A DNA stretch of 16,735 bases from Octopus sinensis (Eukaryota), in NCBI RefSeq assembly GCF_006345805.1, contig NW_021825100.1, positions 1 to 16,735 of the forward strand, read 5' to 3'. The notes beneath the pieces were generated by a model. The model ran no database searches and was not told where the DNA came from. It saw only the letters and a program-made list of their open reading frames with translations. The position numbers and the translations under genes were made by a program. Of this stretch, positions 1 through 10,122 are shown in pieces; within the stretch, counting starts at the first letter, position 1, and every line of letters starts with the position of its first letter.

Positions 1-590
1 GCAACAAAAAGAATTAGCTTTAAAACTCGGAAGCTCAAATTTGAATAAAAGCAAATTAAAAAAAGAGTTCAAAGAAAATAGAAAAAAATGGAAAAACAGA
101 ATCTCATTTTTCGGTAAAAAAGGAGCTCATTTTTCGGTGGTATATTAAAAAGTTTGACTGTAACTTTAATTGAAGTGGACATTATCTTACACGACAGCTT
201 AAAGCGAGTTAAAGTGAAGAATTTTGTACAAATGCGACCTGTTTGCAAACGAACTGGCGGTGTTCTATGAAACAAAAGTAAAGATTATTTTTTTAATCTT
301 GACATGAAATGGAGTTTTCTCAAAATTCTTTAAAAGTCATATGGATAAGTTATCTATTGAAAAATAAGAAGGACATACATCCAGTCGGTTACTCTAAATA
401 GGACGCTTGGGAGTATGCTCATTGAACACAAACATAAAATGAAGGTTGACTACATTGACTACTCCTTGCTGCCAATTAATTTGTAAAATCGGCATGCGAG
501 AAGACACTTAGCTGAATAAAAACCTTGACACGAAAATGGAAAATAAAAGGAAGTTTGTGGCAAACTCTTCTTCCAAGCGAAAAAGGGAAA
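1..590 (+). mobile_element. Heavily decayed pogo/Tigger (CENP-B-like) transposase relic
   Basis: Frameshifted pieces read KELIFRWYIKKFDCNFN*SGH (HTH_Tc5-like), DLFANELAVFYE (cf. D-x-FNADETxLFYK), HPVGYSK*DAW (cf. LPVxY...KAW) and *IKNLDTKMENKRK (cf. W-L-xx-FDxKM..RK), in the expected order. Very degraded. Confidence 0.45.
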
Positions 591-660
591 TCACAGACGA
601 TTTGGAATCTTAATTAGATAATTTTTTTGACTATAATTAAGCGATTTGAATTGAATAATA

Positions 661-1193
661 CAGTGCAACCCCTTATTGGGGCGACCCCGGACGTGGGGCA
701 CCCTCGGATTTTGGGGCACCCTCGGGTTTTGGGGCAATTTGAATTTCTATTAGGAGTTTTTCTGTTTATTCTTTATAAGATAAACCCCGTTATGGGGCAT
801 TTAATATTTTATATATTTTTAGTTATAATTTTTGCATTTTATTTTATAATAACTAATAATAACGTGTTTCTGTTGTTTTGATGGATGTAATTTTGATGGA
901 TGTGAAGGTTCTGAGGGCTTCAGAGAACCCGATAATTCATTTCCCGACAAGGTCGTTTTGGATCGATTAATTTGACAATGGATCGATTAATTCAAAAGTA
1001 CCAATTCGGAGCGAAAATAACGGATCATTTCCCGACAAGTAAAGACTAAAATTGTTAAATGAAATTAAGAATAAACATCTTTTGGTTTTAAATTAACAAA
1101 ACGTTAGTTTTTTTCGTTAATATTAGAAAACCCCTCTATCTGGGGGAACCCCTGTTTTTGGGGCACTAGGTGCCCCAAAAAGAGGTTAGACTG
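661..1193. mobile_element. pogo/Tigger-type MITE (533 bp, non-coding)
   Basis: Left end CAGTGCAACCCCTTATTGGGGC matches the reverse complement of the right end CAGTCTAACCTCTTTTTGGGGC at 18/22. TA flanks both ends (659-660, 1194-1195). Subterminal (T)TGGGGCA(C) repeats occur at both ends. The ORF 627..881 is spurious. Confidence 0.85.
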
Positions 1194-1204
1194 TACTAAT
1201 ATTG

Positions 1205-1890
1205 CAATTCCCACATTGTAAAGATTCTTAGGTACCACTGCACTCGCCTAATCAAACAAACTCTCAAAATCAATCAGACACGTTGCATTTATTCTAAAAT
1301 ATTGACAGGTAAAACATTTCCTCTACCACTGCAGACCTGAATGGATCATCTTGGTACATAGAAAGCAGTCATACCCCACAAAAGCCTAAAAAGTCTCTCA
1401 CCGACTCGGCCAAATCAAAGTAGTGAATTAAGTCCTTCGAGTCAGTTTCTCCACAACCAAATTCTTCCCCCACCGACTCCAAGTTTTCCCTGTGTTCGAA
1501 AATTCAGTCGGTGAAGAAGGAATTGATCCCTAAATCGACCAATAAAATGCGGACGACAAACGCATCAACACAAAATCGCTTTGGTCAAACCAAGACTAAG
1601 TCAGGAGCATTGTCAGTAGCCTGGATTGGCAGAAAATTGAGAACATCTAGGCTAAGGACTACGCTAGATCTGTCAAAATTTCGTTCAAAATAAAAAACAT
1701 CAAATAGGTTAAACCTGACATTATAGTCTAAGTTATTCCAGTACAGGAGTCTGTGTGCATACATATTCATCTGTCAGTTCCGCATTTCCGTCTATGATAT
1801 TATCGCCAATATCTCGATTTTCACGACGCATTTAACTTTAGCGAGATTTTTGATGTTTGAAAAGTCTTTGTGATCAAACCTTCTAAGTTT
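1205..1890 (-). other. Unidentified coding-like relic
   Basis: One minus frame runs from about 1890 to 1430 with few stops (…HRLLYWNNLDYNVRFNLFDVFYFERNFDRSSVVLSLDVLNFLPIQATDNAPDLVLV*PKRFCVDAFVVRILLVDLGINSFFTD*IFEHRENLES…). No motif recognised. Confidence 0.25.
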
Positions 1891-2122
1891 TGTGAGGTAA
1901 ATCGTTCTTTAGTCCTTTAGGAGATTAAAACAGTGGATGTCAAAATTAATTGCATTGGTTTCTAATTAATAAACGTTTCAACAATAAAAAATTTATTAAA
2001 ATTAAGCGTCTTTTTTTTAACTCGATTCATATTATGTGACATGGGTGATCAGGCGCCTATGGGCAACTTGTCCTTTTACGTGTTTCTATGGCAACTACTT
2101 AGCAAATTATTACAGATTTGTT

Positions 2123-2540
2123 CCTAGAATCCCTCGATAACGCATGAATGGGGTCTCATTCGAAAACGAATGCATCGTTGTATTGTAGCAATACACCGAA
2201 TATTCGAGAATGGACACCCATTTATTTTCATCAGGGCACTTCAACTTCGCTATTGATCTCGTGATTGTCTGGTTAAAACGTTCGACTATACCCTACAAAA
2301 TAATGTATTCCATAAGATGACTTGTGATCTAGGGTTATTAGGTCTGCCGTGGATATGTTGAATTTTGAACCTCTCGCAAAGTACTCGAATCTCATTATTT
2401 TTGAATTCTGTCCCATTGTCGGATTGCAGAATCTGACAGGGACCATTTAGATAAAATAGGGACTCGAGATTTTTTGAAACCTCGAGTCCTGACTTGTTAA
2501 TTAATGGCCTAGCAAAGCCAAAACTATGATAATTATAATC
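2123..2540 (-). mobile_element. Ginger-like / rve DDE integrase relic with a 29-nt intron
   Basis: FARPLINKSGLEVSKNLESLFYLNGPCQILQSDNGTEFKNNEIRVLCERFKIQHIHGRPNNPRSQ, then after removing 2293-2321, GIVERFNQTITRSIAK, then after a frameshift WVSILEYSVYCYNTTMHSFSNETPFMRYRG. This is the integrase core SDNGxEF ... PxSQGxVERxN ... YN..H...TPF. Confidence 0.85.
2293..2321 (-). other. 29-nt GT-AG intron in the integrase
   Basis: GTCATCTTATGGAATACATTATTTTGTAG. Removal joins PRSQ to GIVERFN exactly; the unspliced frame terminates at 2286. Confidence 0.85.
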
Positions 2541-2559
2541 AAATTTCAGTTTAGTAGAG

Positions 2560-2900
2560 TGATCTGTATTTTTCCGAGGTAATCTCTTTTTAAGAAGCTC
2601 CTTGACAACGGACATCCTCCGTAGTTGGGCATGTGTGCTGAGGATCCACAGTTTATGCACTTGGTAGGGTAGTTTCCAGTCAGAGGGCATTCCGAACGGG
2701 TGTGTGGGCCTTCACAGATGAGGCATCTCACTTTTTCTTTACAGAACCGTGAGATATGTCCAATCCTTGGAGAAATATTCTCAAATTTTATTAACCAAGA
2801 ACTTCTGCATTTGAAGGCACATGTTGACGAGGCAGGGATGAATTTTTTGGGGGGTTTGTCGCAAATCGTTCCAATCATCTTCGTTCTCACTAGCAGATTG
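2560..2900 (-). mobile_element. Non-LTR retrotransposon ORF1 (gag-like) zinc-knuckle fragment
   Basis: …GHISRFCKEKVRCLICEGPHTRSECPLTGNYPTKCINCGSSAHMPNYGGCP: three consecutive CCHC-type knuckles, typical of Jockey/I-group ORF1 proteins. Confidence 0.75.
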
Positions 2901-2959
2901 AGACGAAAGGAATTTTTTTGAAAAGATCTTGGTTGAAATGAGATCAATGTGCTTACAAA

Positions 2960-3795
2960 AGGACATTGACATGTTTGTTCAGGGAAGGAGATATGGACTG
3001 GTTGGGAGGAATGGTGTAGGAAAAACTACTCCAATGAAGGCCATTGCAATGTATTAATTAAACGTGGTCACACAAGAACATATTTTAAATACAATTTATT
3101 TATGTCCTCAAGTTCACGACATTAATTCTCTATTAATTAATTTGACTGTATTTACTAAATTAGCTAAAGACTCTCTCGATTTATTTATGTTCAAATTAAT
3201 ATAAATAACTAAATATATTTATAGACGAGATTTACAATTTTCTGGTGATGTCTCAATGCTGCATGAAGAGCAGGAAGTCTCTGGAGACAACAGCAGAGTG
3301 ATCGACTGTGTGCTCTCTGCTGACACGGAGAGGTCAAATCTGTTAGAACAGCAAGTCAAACTCGAAAACACCTCTTGCTACCTCGAAATGAGTAGAGTGG
3401 CTGCAGAATTGGAGGCCATTGGAGCACTCCCACGAGGGACATTTGCTTAATTCTATGTGCACTGATTTGTGGCATGTGCATGGAGGCTAAGTCAGTATTA
3501 TTTCTGAGGGGTTTGACGCCTATCGGAGTCTCTTGGTTAATGAACTAAATACTCCACACTGATTAATTTATTTTGTCTGAAAGTACACATTCTTTCAGCT
3601 TTCAGAGGGAAGAACAAAGGGGATTTATTTTGTGGAGTTGTAGGCAATTCATTAGGTGGGAGATACTGAGGACTCGTTTAAAATTCTGAAGGCAATACAT
3701 TGAGTAGAAATAGTGATCAAATCAAACAGCTTTCTAAATTAGAGAATCAAGAAGTAAGCAGAACAGACACGTATAGATAATGCCTGTTTCCAATA
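2960..3795 (+). pseudogene. ABCF3: ABC-F family ATPase (ABCF3/GCN20-like) relic
   Basis: Walker A exon GRRYGLVGRNGVGKTTPMKAIA (2983-3048), a GT-AG intron at 3051-3224, then IRDLQFSGDVSMLHEEQEVSGDNSRVIDCVLSADTERSNLL (cf. ISLLHVEQEVAGDDTPALQSVLESD). Later scraps read GVSWLMN* (cf. AILWLENY) and IKQLSKL-15aa-FP (cf. KMLEKL-15aa-FP). Stops and internal deletions are present. The ABCF paralogue assignment is from remembered motifs. Confidence 0.8.
3051..3224 (+). other. 174-nt GT-AG intron (phase 2) in the ABCF relic
   Basis: GCA AT|GTATTAAT…TATTTATAG|A CGA GAT keeps the frame between the two ABCF-like exons. Confidence 0.75.
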
Positions 3796-4144
3796 TAAAT
3801 TTTCGAATGATTTCATAGAAACGGCATTGTTTCATATTAGCCTCTCAGTTTTGTCAAAAGTTATGTAAGTTTTGTTAGTAAGAAATATTTTATAGCAAGA
3901 AAGGGTATTTTTAGTGCATTTTGGTATTCATAAGATTATTTTTTCTTTAAGTTTTCCATTCTCTCCTTCAATGGTCAAAGAATCCGAATAAGGGTAAAGT
4001 CTATTTATCTAATTTCTGAATCTTAATTAATGAATTGATTTTAATCAACTTATTTTATGATAATTGTCGGTTCTGACATAGTATTCAATCCGTTTAAATG
4101 ACCAAAACAGTTATTGATTATTTGGTCTCTCACCCTTTCAAATT

Positions 4145-4375
4145 ATGAGGGATCTTGATTTGTTTATCCTAAGTGGAACTCATAAATTAAAACCTGTGAT
4201 GATATCAAAACCCAAAAAACCCCAATGTTTCAAAAACTACAATTACGATTCATTTATTTCATATTATAGCTCCCAGCGTGCTTGGATTACTGGGAAAATC
4301 TTTATAGATTGGCTAATAAACTTTGATTTGAAACTAAAATTACAGAAAAAAAATAAATTTTGCTTATTCTGCATT
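4145..4375 (+). mobile_element. pogo/Tigger DDE_1 transposase fragment
   Basis: GTHKLKPVMISKPKKPQCFKNYNYDSFISYYSSQRAWITGKIFIDWLINFDLKLKLQKKNKFCLF matches the Tigger pattern G..KL.P..I.K...P.CF....Y....AW.T..IF..WL..FD. It is truncated at the Tc1 insertion. Confidence 0.8.
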
Positions 4376-5482
4376 AATAAAAAACCGGTTTGATTTATTA
4401 AGTGATATTTTATTTGTTGAATTTCAAGTTTTATAAGCAAATGTTAAATGCAATAATTAAAGGAAAGATCCTTGCTCTTTTTTGAGTTAAAGTGGACGAT
4501 AAAAGATATCGCAAAACATCTAAATACTTTAAAATCGACAATCGGAGATTTTCTTTGAAAATTCAAAAAATATGGAACTGCTGATAGGATTTCTGGTTCC
4601 GGACGTCCTAAAAAGCTTCAGAAAACAGACATTGAAATTCTATTACATCTTATTGAGTGCAATCCAAAAAAATCTTCTAGACGTTGAGGAATAAAATAAA
4701 ACATTTAACTGGTAAAAGTGTCTGTAGAAAGACAATTGGAACTTATTTAAATTCACATTTTCTCTTCAGAAGAGTATGTCAACGTAAACCGTTACTTTTG
4801 AAAAAAAACATAATAAAAAGATGTGAATTATCAAAAATTTTTATTCGGACGAACAATGACGCATGGAAAACTATTAATTTCTCTGATGAAGCATCTTTTC
4901 AGATTTTTCATTTTAAAAAAAGGCAATACTGTTATCGAAAAAAAGTTCATGTTATGAATTGAGCCATATAACGCCGACAGTAAAATTTGGTGGAGGTAGT
5001 GTTATGGTTTGGGGCTGTGTCTCACATCAAGGAGTGGGTAATTTAGTTTTTGTTAATGAAACACTCAATTCCGCTTAATATATAAATGTAATAACGAATA
5101 ATTTGTTTGTTTCGGCGCGAAAAATGAGAATAAATCAGTTCACTTACCAGCAAGATTTAGCTCCCTGTCATCAATCTGTTTTGACAACCAAGTTTTTTGA
5201 AGAAAATAAAGTTCCAATTCTTGATTGGGTTCCAGACATGAACCCAATGGAACATGTTTGGAGCATGAAAAAGCAAAAGTATTCATTAGATCCTGCAAAA
5301 AATAAACCTGATCTCGAAGTCAAATTAATAAAAATTTGGAAAGAATTGCCATCTGAAAATATTCGGAAATTAATTGATAGTATGCCTAAAAGGTCATACG
5401 AGCTATTTATCAATCGAGGATACTACAAAACATACTAACTGTTGATTTTGTTAACTCTTTTTGTTAAAACCGGTTTTTTATT
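4376..5482 (+). mobile_element. Tc1-family DNA transposon relic (transposase pseudogene 4441-5438)
   Basis: Frameshifted reading: MLNAIIKGKILALF…GSGRPKKL…RKPLL…WKTINFSDEASF…TVKFGGGSVMVWGC…QQDLAPCH…PDMNPMEHVW. Second D to E spacing is 31 aa, consistent with DD34E minus a 3-codon deletion (PQS missing before PDMNP). Flanked by a perfect 16-bp inverted repeat at 4376-4391 and 5467-5482. Confidence 0.9.
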
Positions 5483-5919
5483 CACATGCTAAAATTTAAA
5501 ATTTTTAACTTTCGCTGATCATTAAAATTTTTTAAGAGTAAAAAAATTATGCATATAATCAACTTCAAACTCTTTATTTCATCTGGAAAATTAATAAAAG
5601 ATTCAGGGTAGGAAAAATTTCGCCGAAACTATTAATCCGTTGGATATTGAAGAATTTTTTGCAAATGAATATGCTAAAAATGATACAATAGAAGAAATGG
5701 AAAATTGCGGAAAATTGAAGATGAAAATGATGAAAATATAATGATTTAAGATTTTTTTTATTTCAGCCTCAACTGCCTCTACTCTGAGAATGATGAAAGA
5801 ATTGCTTTCCAAAACAGTCGAGTGGAACGAAACAGAGAATGCATACGAGTCTCCAAAGGAGTATGGCGCGAACTCAGTAGGTCAGCACAATTGCCGACAC
5901 TACATTGAGGAGAAAACGA

Positions 5920-6345
5920 TGACAAATAGTAAAAAAGGCTTATCCCAAATTGGCCATCAAATTCCATCCCGATCATAATAAGGCGGCCAATGCTACTGAA
6001 AAAACTAAAGAGATCAACAAAGCCTATGAAACCATAAAAGACCGGGAATCGAGGAATAAATACAAATTAGAAAAGGGCACCACAAAGTCGTACAAGGACG
6101 CCAATTACTACGATCAATAAGAGTTCGAATTTTCCAATTTCTTCCTTCTTAGTCGCAAGGATCGCACAAATTTGAAAAATGCAAAGAATCGGATGAACGA
6201 ATTCAGTCGGAACATCCACAAATTAAATTTGTCTCGATTTATGATGTTTGAGGACGACAATCTCCCGCAATGCACGTCGTTTTACAGCAGAGATGCTTCC
6301 AACTCTGTCGACAGAGTTTTCGACCATTTCTTTAACCCCAACTAA
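5920..6345 (+). pseudogene. J-domain (DnaJ/Hsp40-like) protein relic
   Basis: VKKAYPKLAIKFHPDHNKAANATEKTKEINKAYETIKDRESRNKY contains the HPD motif with helix II/III consensus. There is an in-frame TAA at 6118-6120 and the frame continues to TAA 6343-6345. The 5' end is frameshifted relative to ORF 5790..5978. Confidence 0.8.
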
Positions 6346-6746
6346 CCGATCCGATCTTAACTTACTTTCTATATAAACACTAATTTTCAATTATTTCCGT
6401 GTATTCAGATTTTTCTCTCATTGGGCCACTCAGCTGATTCTATTACTAACACTGAACTGACTCACGATCTGACACTCTACTATTGCTCGATCACTCAACG
6501 GACTAAAATGGCGAAATTATAAACCAATTGTCTTTTAATGTAAATTTATCCGAAACATTTGCTGTTGGTCTTCCAAGAATTGTAACATTGCACTTTGATT
6601 ATTGACTTTTTAATTTTGCGCGTAAATGCGTAGGCTATTTACCGAAAATATATAGTATTGTGTCTATCTAATTCGGTTGTTTATTGATAATTATTTAATT
6701 GAATGTTTAACTAATCGAGTAATAGTTTTCAGGTTTCTTTCTAAAA

Positions 6747-7060
6747 TTTTTTTTAATCAGTAATGTTTTATCAGCAAAATCAAGTTAACTTCCGGCCAGG
6801 CGGATAGCTTGCGCGTTGCCGGGCACGATCCAACGAGATCCTCTGTTTCAGTCAGGATTCGTGTGAATTCATCTTCTTCCAAGCGATAAGGAAGCTGACG
6901 TCTTTTAGTAATTTCGATGTTTGTAAATTAAAGCTTCCATAAGTCTCGAGTATCAGAGGAACGCAAGGGACGTCGGCCTCCTTATCGTTCGGAGCAAGAT
7001 GGATGTTGGACGGCGAGTTTTTTGCTTTACGGTCCTGTAGAGTTCCGACAAGGAAAAAGA
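6747..7060 (-). mobile_element. 3' end of an RLE-type (CRE/R2-like) non-LTR retrotransposon
   Basis: RKAK…VPCVPLILETYGSFNLQTSKLLKDVSFLIAW…LKQRISL, then after a frameshift GNAQAIRLAGS* (cf. P..ET.G … QRIS.A.QRGNA). Followed by a short 3' UTR and an A8 tail at 6747-6754. Confidence 0.75.
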
Positions 7061-7491
7061 AATTTGAAAATAATTAAATTGTCGACAAACAAAGGTTCAT
7101 GAATTCGCATTATCCCTTGTAAATAAGACAGAAAAAAAAGGATTAAAAAACAGCCTGTCTGATAATATTTCTGAAAAAGATACTCTCAATGACTATCTGT
7201 TTGCTAGTTTAAATGGATTCAAAAATCAACTGCTTATATAATATCTGAGAAAACTAGTAAAGACTGAGTCAATAACGGAAGTATGCCGACTGTCTCATAA
7301 TATGTCGACACACTGCAGTGCTACTTAGGGAGTGTAAAAATGGGTCTCTATAGTACAAATAATAATAATAAAGTACAGTTAATGCATTAAAAATATATAG
7401 CAATATAATTAATATTATTTGTCTAATTTATTAATAATAAATAAAATAGTGACATTGCTGTGGGCATGTTTACGTCGTATAACAACTAGAA

Positions 7492-8363
7492 ATGGCTGCC
7501 AGCGAGGAAATATGTGAGAAAATACCAAACCTGGACGTGGCTTTCGAGCGAAGTGGATTTTCGAGCTGAGAAACACCCCCAAACTGCACTTGCAGTGGCC
7601 AACACGGTGGGACAGAACTTGCAGTACCACTTCCTGATGAATACACTTCTTCTACCTGGAGAGTGAGAACATGCGGGCAACCATCGAACGGGCACAAAAG
7701 TGAGTTGAATTCCTCATTTGTAGGTTTGTGGAGGACGCCGGGGACTGGGAACAGAGAAACCGTCTCAAGATTTACCGTGGACTTTATTTACTCACAATCC
7801 GCGACTTCCGTGGAGCTGCTGACTCATTCCGTGACGGAGTGTCGACATACACGAGCACGGAGTTGATGGACTACGGGAGTTGGCGACATACACGATATTC
7901 TCGTACGTGTTTGCCTACGACCGTCGGGAAATGAAGAAGGACGTGATCAGGATATCCAGGAAGCCCTGTTCGACCTGCCACGGGAGTTGTTCAATTCCTT
8001 CTACCAGTGCCACTACAAACAGTGTTGTTGGGGGAGACGGAGGAGTTTATGAAGAAGGACAGATATTTGCGGCCTCACTACTCGCACTATGTGAGTCACG
8101 TCAAATTGAGGTCGTACAAACAGTTGTTGGAGGCATACTCCAGTCTGTCCATCAAGGCGACCTGTTTGGGGTGACCGAGGAGTGACAGAGAACTGTCCAT
8201 GTATGTGGGGTGTGGCAAACTCCAGTGCAGCATCAATAAAGTGAAGGGAATAGTTGAGACCACCAGGAAGGACGACCGGAGTGTCCAATATCACAATATT
8301 ATTCGACTTGGCTATAAATTGCTCAATCGAATACAAAAACTTAGTCGGGTTATTAATCTCTGA
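7492..8363 (+). pseudogene. PSMD6: 26S proteasome regulatory subunit RPN7/PSMD6 pseudogene
   Basis: MAASEEICEKIPNLDVA…; IHFFYLESENMRATIERAQK|[50 protein letters not shown]; [21 protein letters not shown]; MKKDRYLRPHYSHYVSHVKLRSYKQLLEAYSSLSI; GKLQCSINKVKGIVETTRKDDRSVQYHNIIRLGYKLLNRIQKLSRVINL*. Collinear with PSMD6 from N- to C-terminus, with multiple frameshifts and a deletion of roughly 100 codons near 7590-7600. Confidence 0.95.
7700..7723 (+). other. 24-nt GT-AG intron in the PSMD6 relic
   Basis: GTGAGTTGAATTCCTCATTTGTAG. Removal deletes an in-frame TGA and gives [13 protein letters not shown] (cf. EKAKSLIEEGGDW). Confidence 0.85.
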
Positions 8364-8403
8364 TTGTTCCCTCTAATTCTTTTCCCAACAAAAGGAGTGT
8401 TTA

Positions 8404-8897
<494 letters not shown>

Positions 8898-8974
8898 CTA
8901 TGAGGAATTTTAAGGAAAGGACAATTAAAAAGTAAATTTCAACTGAGCACACTCGACGGCCTCCTTAGGCTGAG

Positions 8975-9447
8975 GAACTGTGGAACCTAGGGACTCACAT
9001 AACTGGAAAATCAGAAACTAGACAGTTTTCATAGATCTCAATTACGTGCAGCACTCAACATCAGCTACCCGCAGAAGATCACAACCTATACAAATTATGC
9101 AACTCAGAAATTCTTTCGATCGAAATCCTGCAATCACGATGGAAACTATTTGGCCACATTCTGCGGATGGACGTCGCCACTCCTGCTAACATTGCTATGG
9201 AAACATATTTCATGCAATGCGGAGACGCATTCCGAGCAAGACCAAGGACAACACTCCCATCGGTGCTAAATCAGGATCTCAAAATTATTGGGAGGAAACT
9301 CGAAAATGCTGATGATCTCGACAACCTGAGAGAATTGACAAAGAGGAGAGGCACCTGGAGAAGTTTGTGGGACAGTATTGTTGTTCACGCGGCACAAGGG
9401 AAGCTTAATTAGTTTTATGACTTCTCGGGAGTGCTTTTAATAATAAT
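8975..9447 (+). mobile_element. 5'-truncated RTE-clade LINE 3' end
   Basis: NCGT*GLT…KLDSFHRSQLR…SRWKLFGHILRMDVATPANIAMETYF…RPRTTLPSVLNQDL…DLDNLRELTKRRGTW, stop at 9412, then a (TAA)3 tail at 9438-9447. Confidence 0.85.
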
Positions 9448-10122
9448 ATGTGAGTATTATTATAAAACATTCCGTAGGAACATAAACAAAGTTATAATCC
9501 CACACGTGTCACAAGCGAAACAATCTTCTGGACCATCCTAATGAAAATATTTCTTAATAGTTTATTACTGACAAATTTACTCATTCCAATCTCAAAAGGA
9601 GCGTAAAGGTGTCTAACGATATCTAGATCGATGTAGTTTTTCAATATCTAGATCTAGAACATTTTTATTAAACTATAAATGAATTTTTTCAATAAATCTA
9701 TGACAAAATTCTGTATAGTATTTAATTAAATAGATCAGGTGTTCTCAACCGGGGGCGAAAATTTTGTACAGGGGGGCGATAATTTTTTACAAGGGGGCGA
9801 TAATATATTTAATAAAATATTCGAATTTTAATATAATACAAGTATTTATACATGTTAATTTTAATAATGTTTCAGATTTATTAATATTTTTTCTATAGTA
9901 TTTATCCTTAAATTTTATATTTAAAATAGCACGCTGTTTTTACATTCTTGTTTGGTATCTAAGATGTCTTCTCGCTAGTACATGATGGTTATTTAACATT
10001 TATTTATATGTAGTTGTGGGTGCGCACATCGCTTTTTATAAAATTGCTGAAATTATTGCGAAAAATGCCAGTTCTCATACTATCGCATAATTCCATCACT
10101 GGAAGTAATAATATCGGATGTA

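Noticed and set aside
2035-2041. TGTGACA as the terminus of the first Ginger relic
   Set aside because: It is in the wrong orientation for a minus-strand element and lacks the ATTATCCAACC subterminal repeats seen at 15559-15591.
6350-6520. Possible LINE 5' UTR or promoter (TCAGT-rich on the minus strand, AAAATGGCG YY1-like site, TATA-like TATATAAA)
   Set aside because: The motifs are short and not linked to any ORF or boundary I could define.
7415-8336. Minus-strand and alternative-frame ORFs over the PSMD6 region (7415-7697, 7663-7866, 8013-8336)
   Set aside because: These are shadows or out-of-frame pieces of the frameshifted PSMD6 relic.
8898-8930. TTCCTTAA resembling a U12-type branch point upstream of the MYST acceptor
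   Set aside because: There is no GTATCCTT/ATATCCTT donor and the 5' end of this intron is degenerate. One instance is not enough to claim minor-class splicing.
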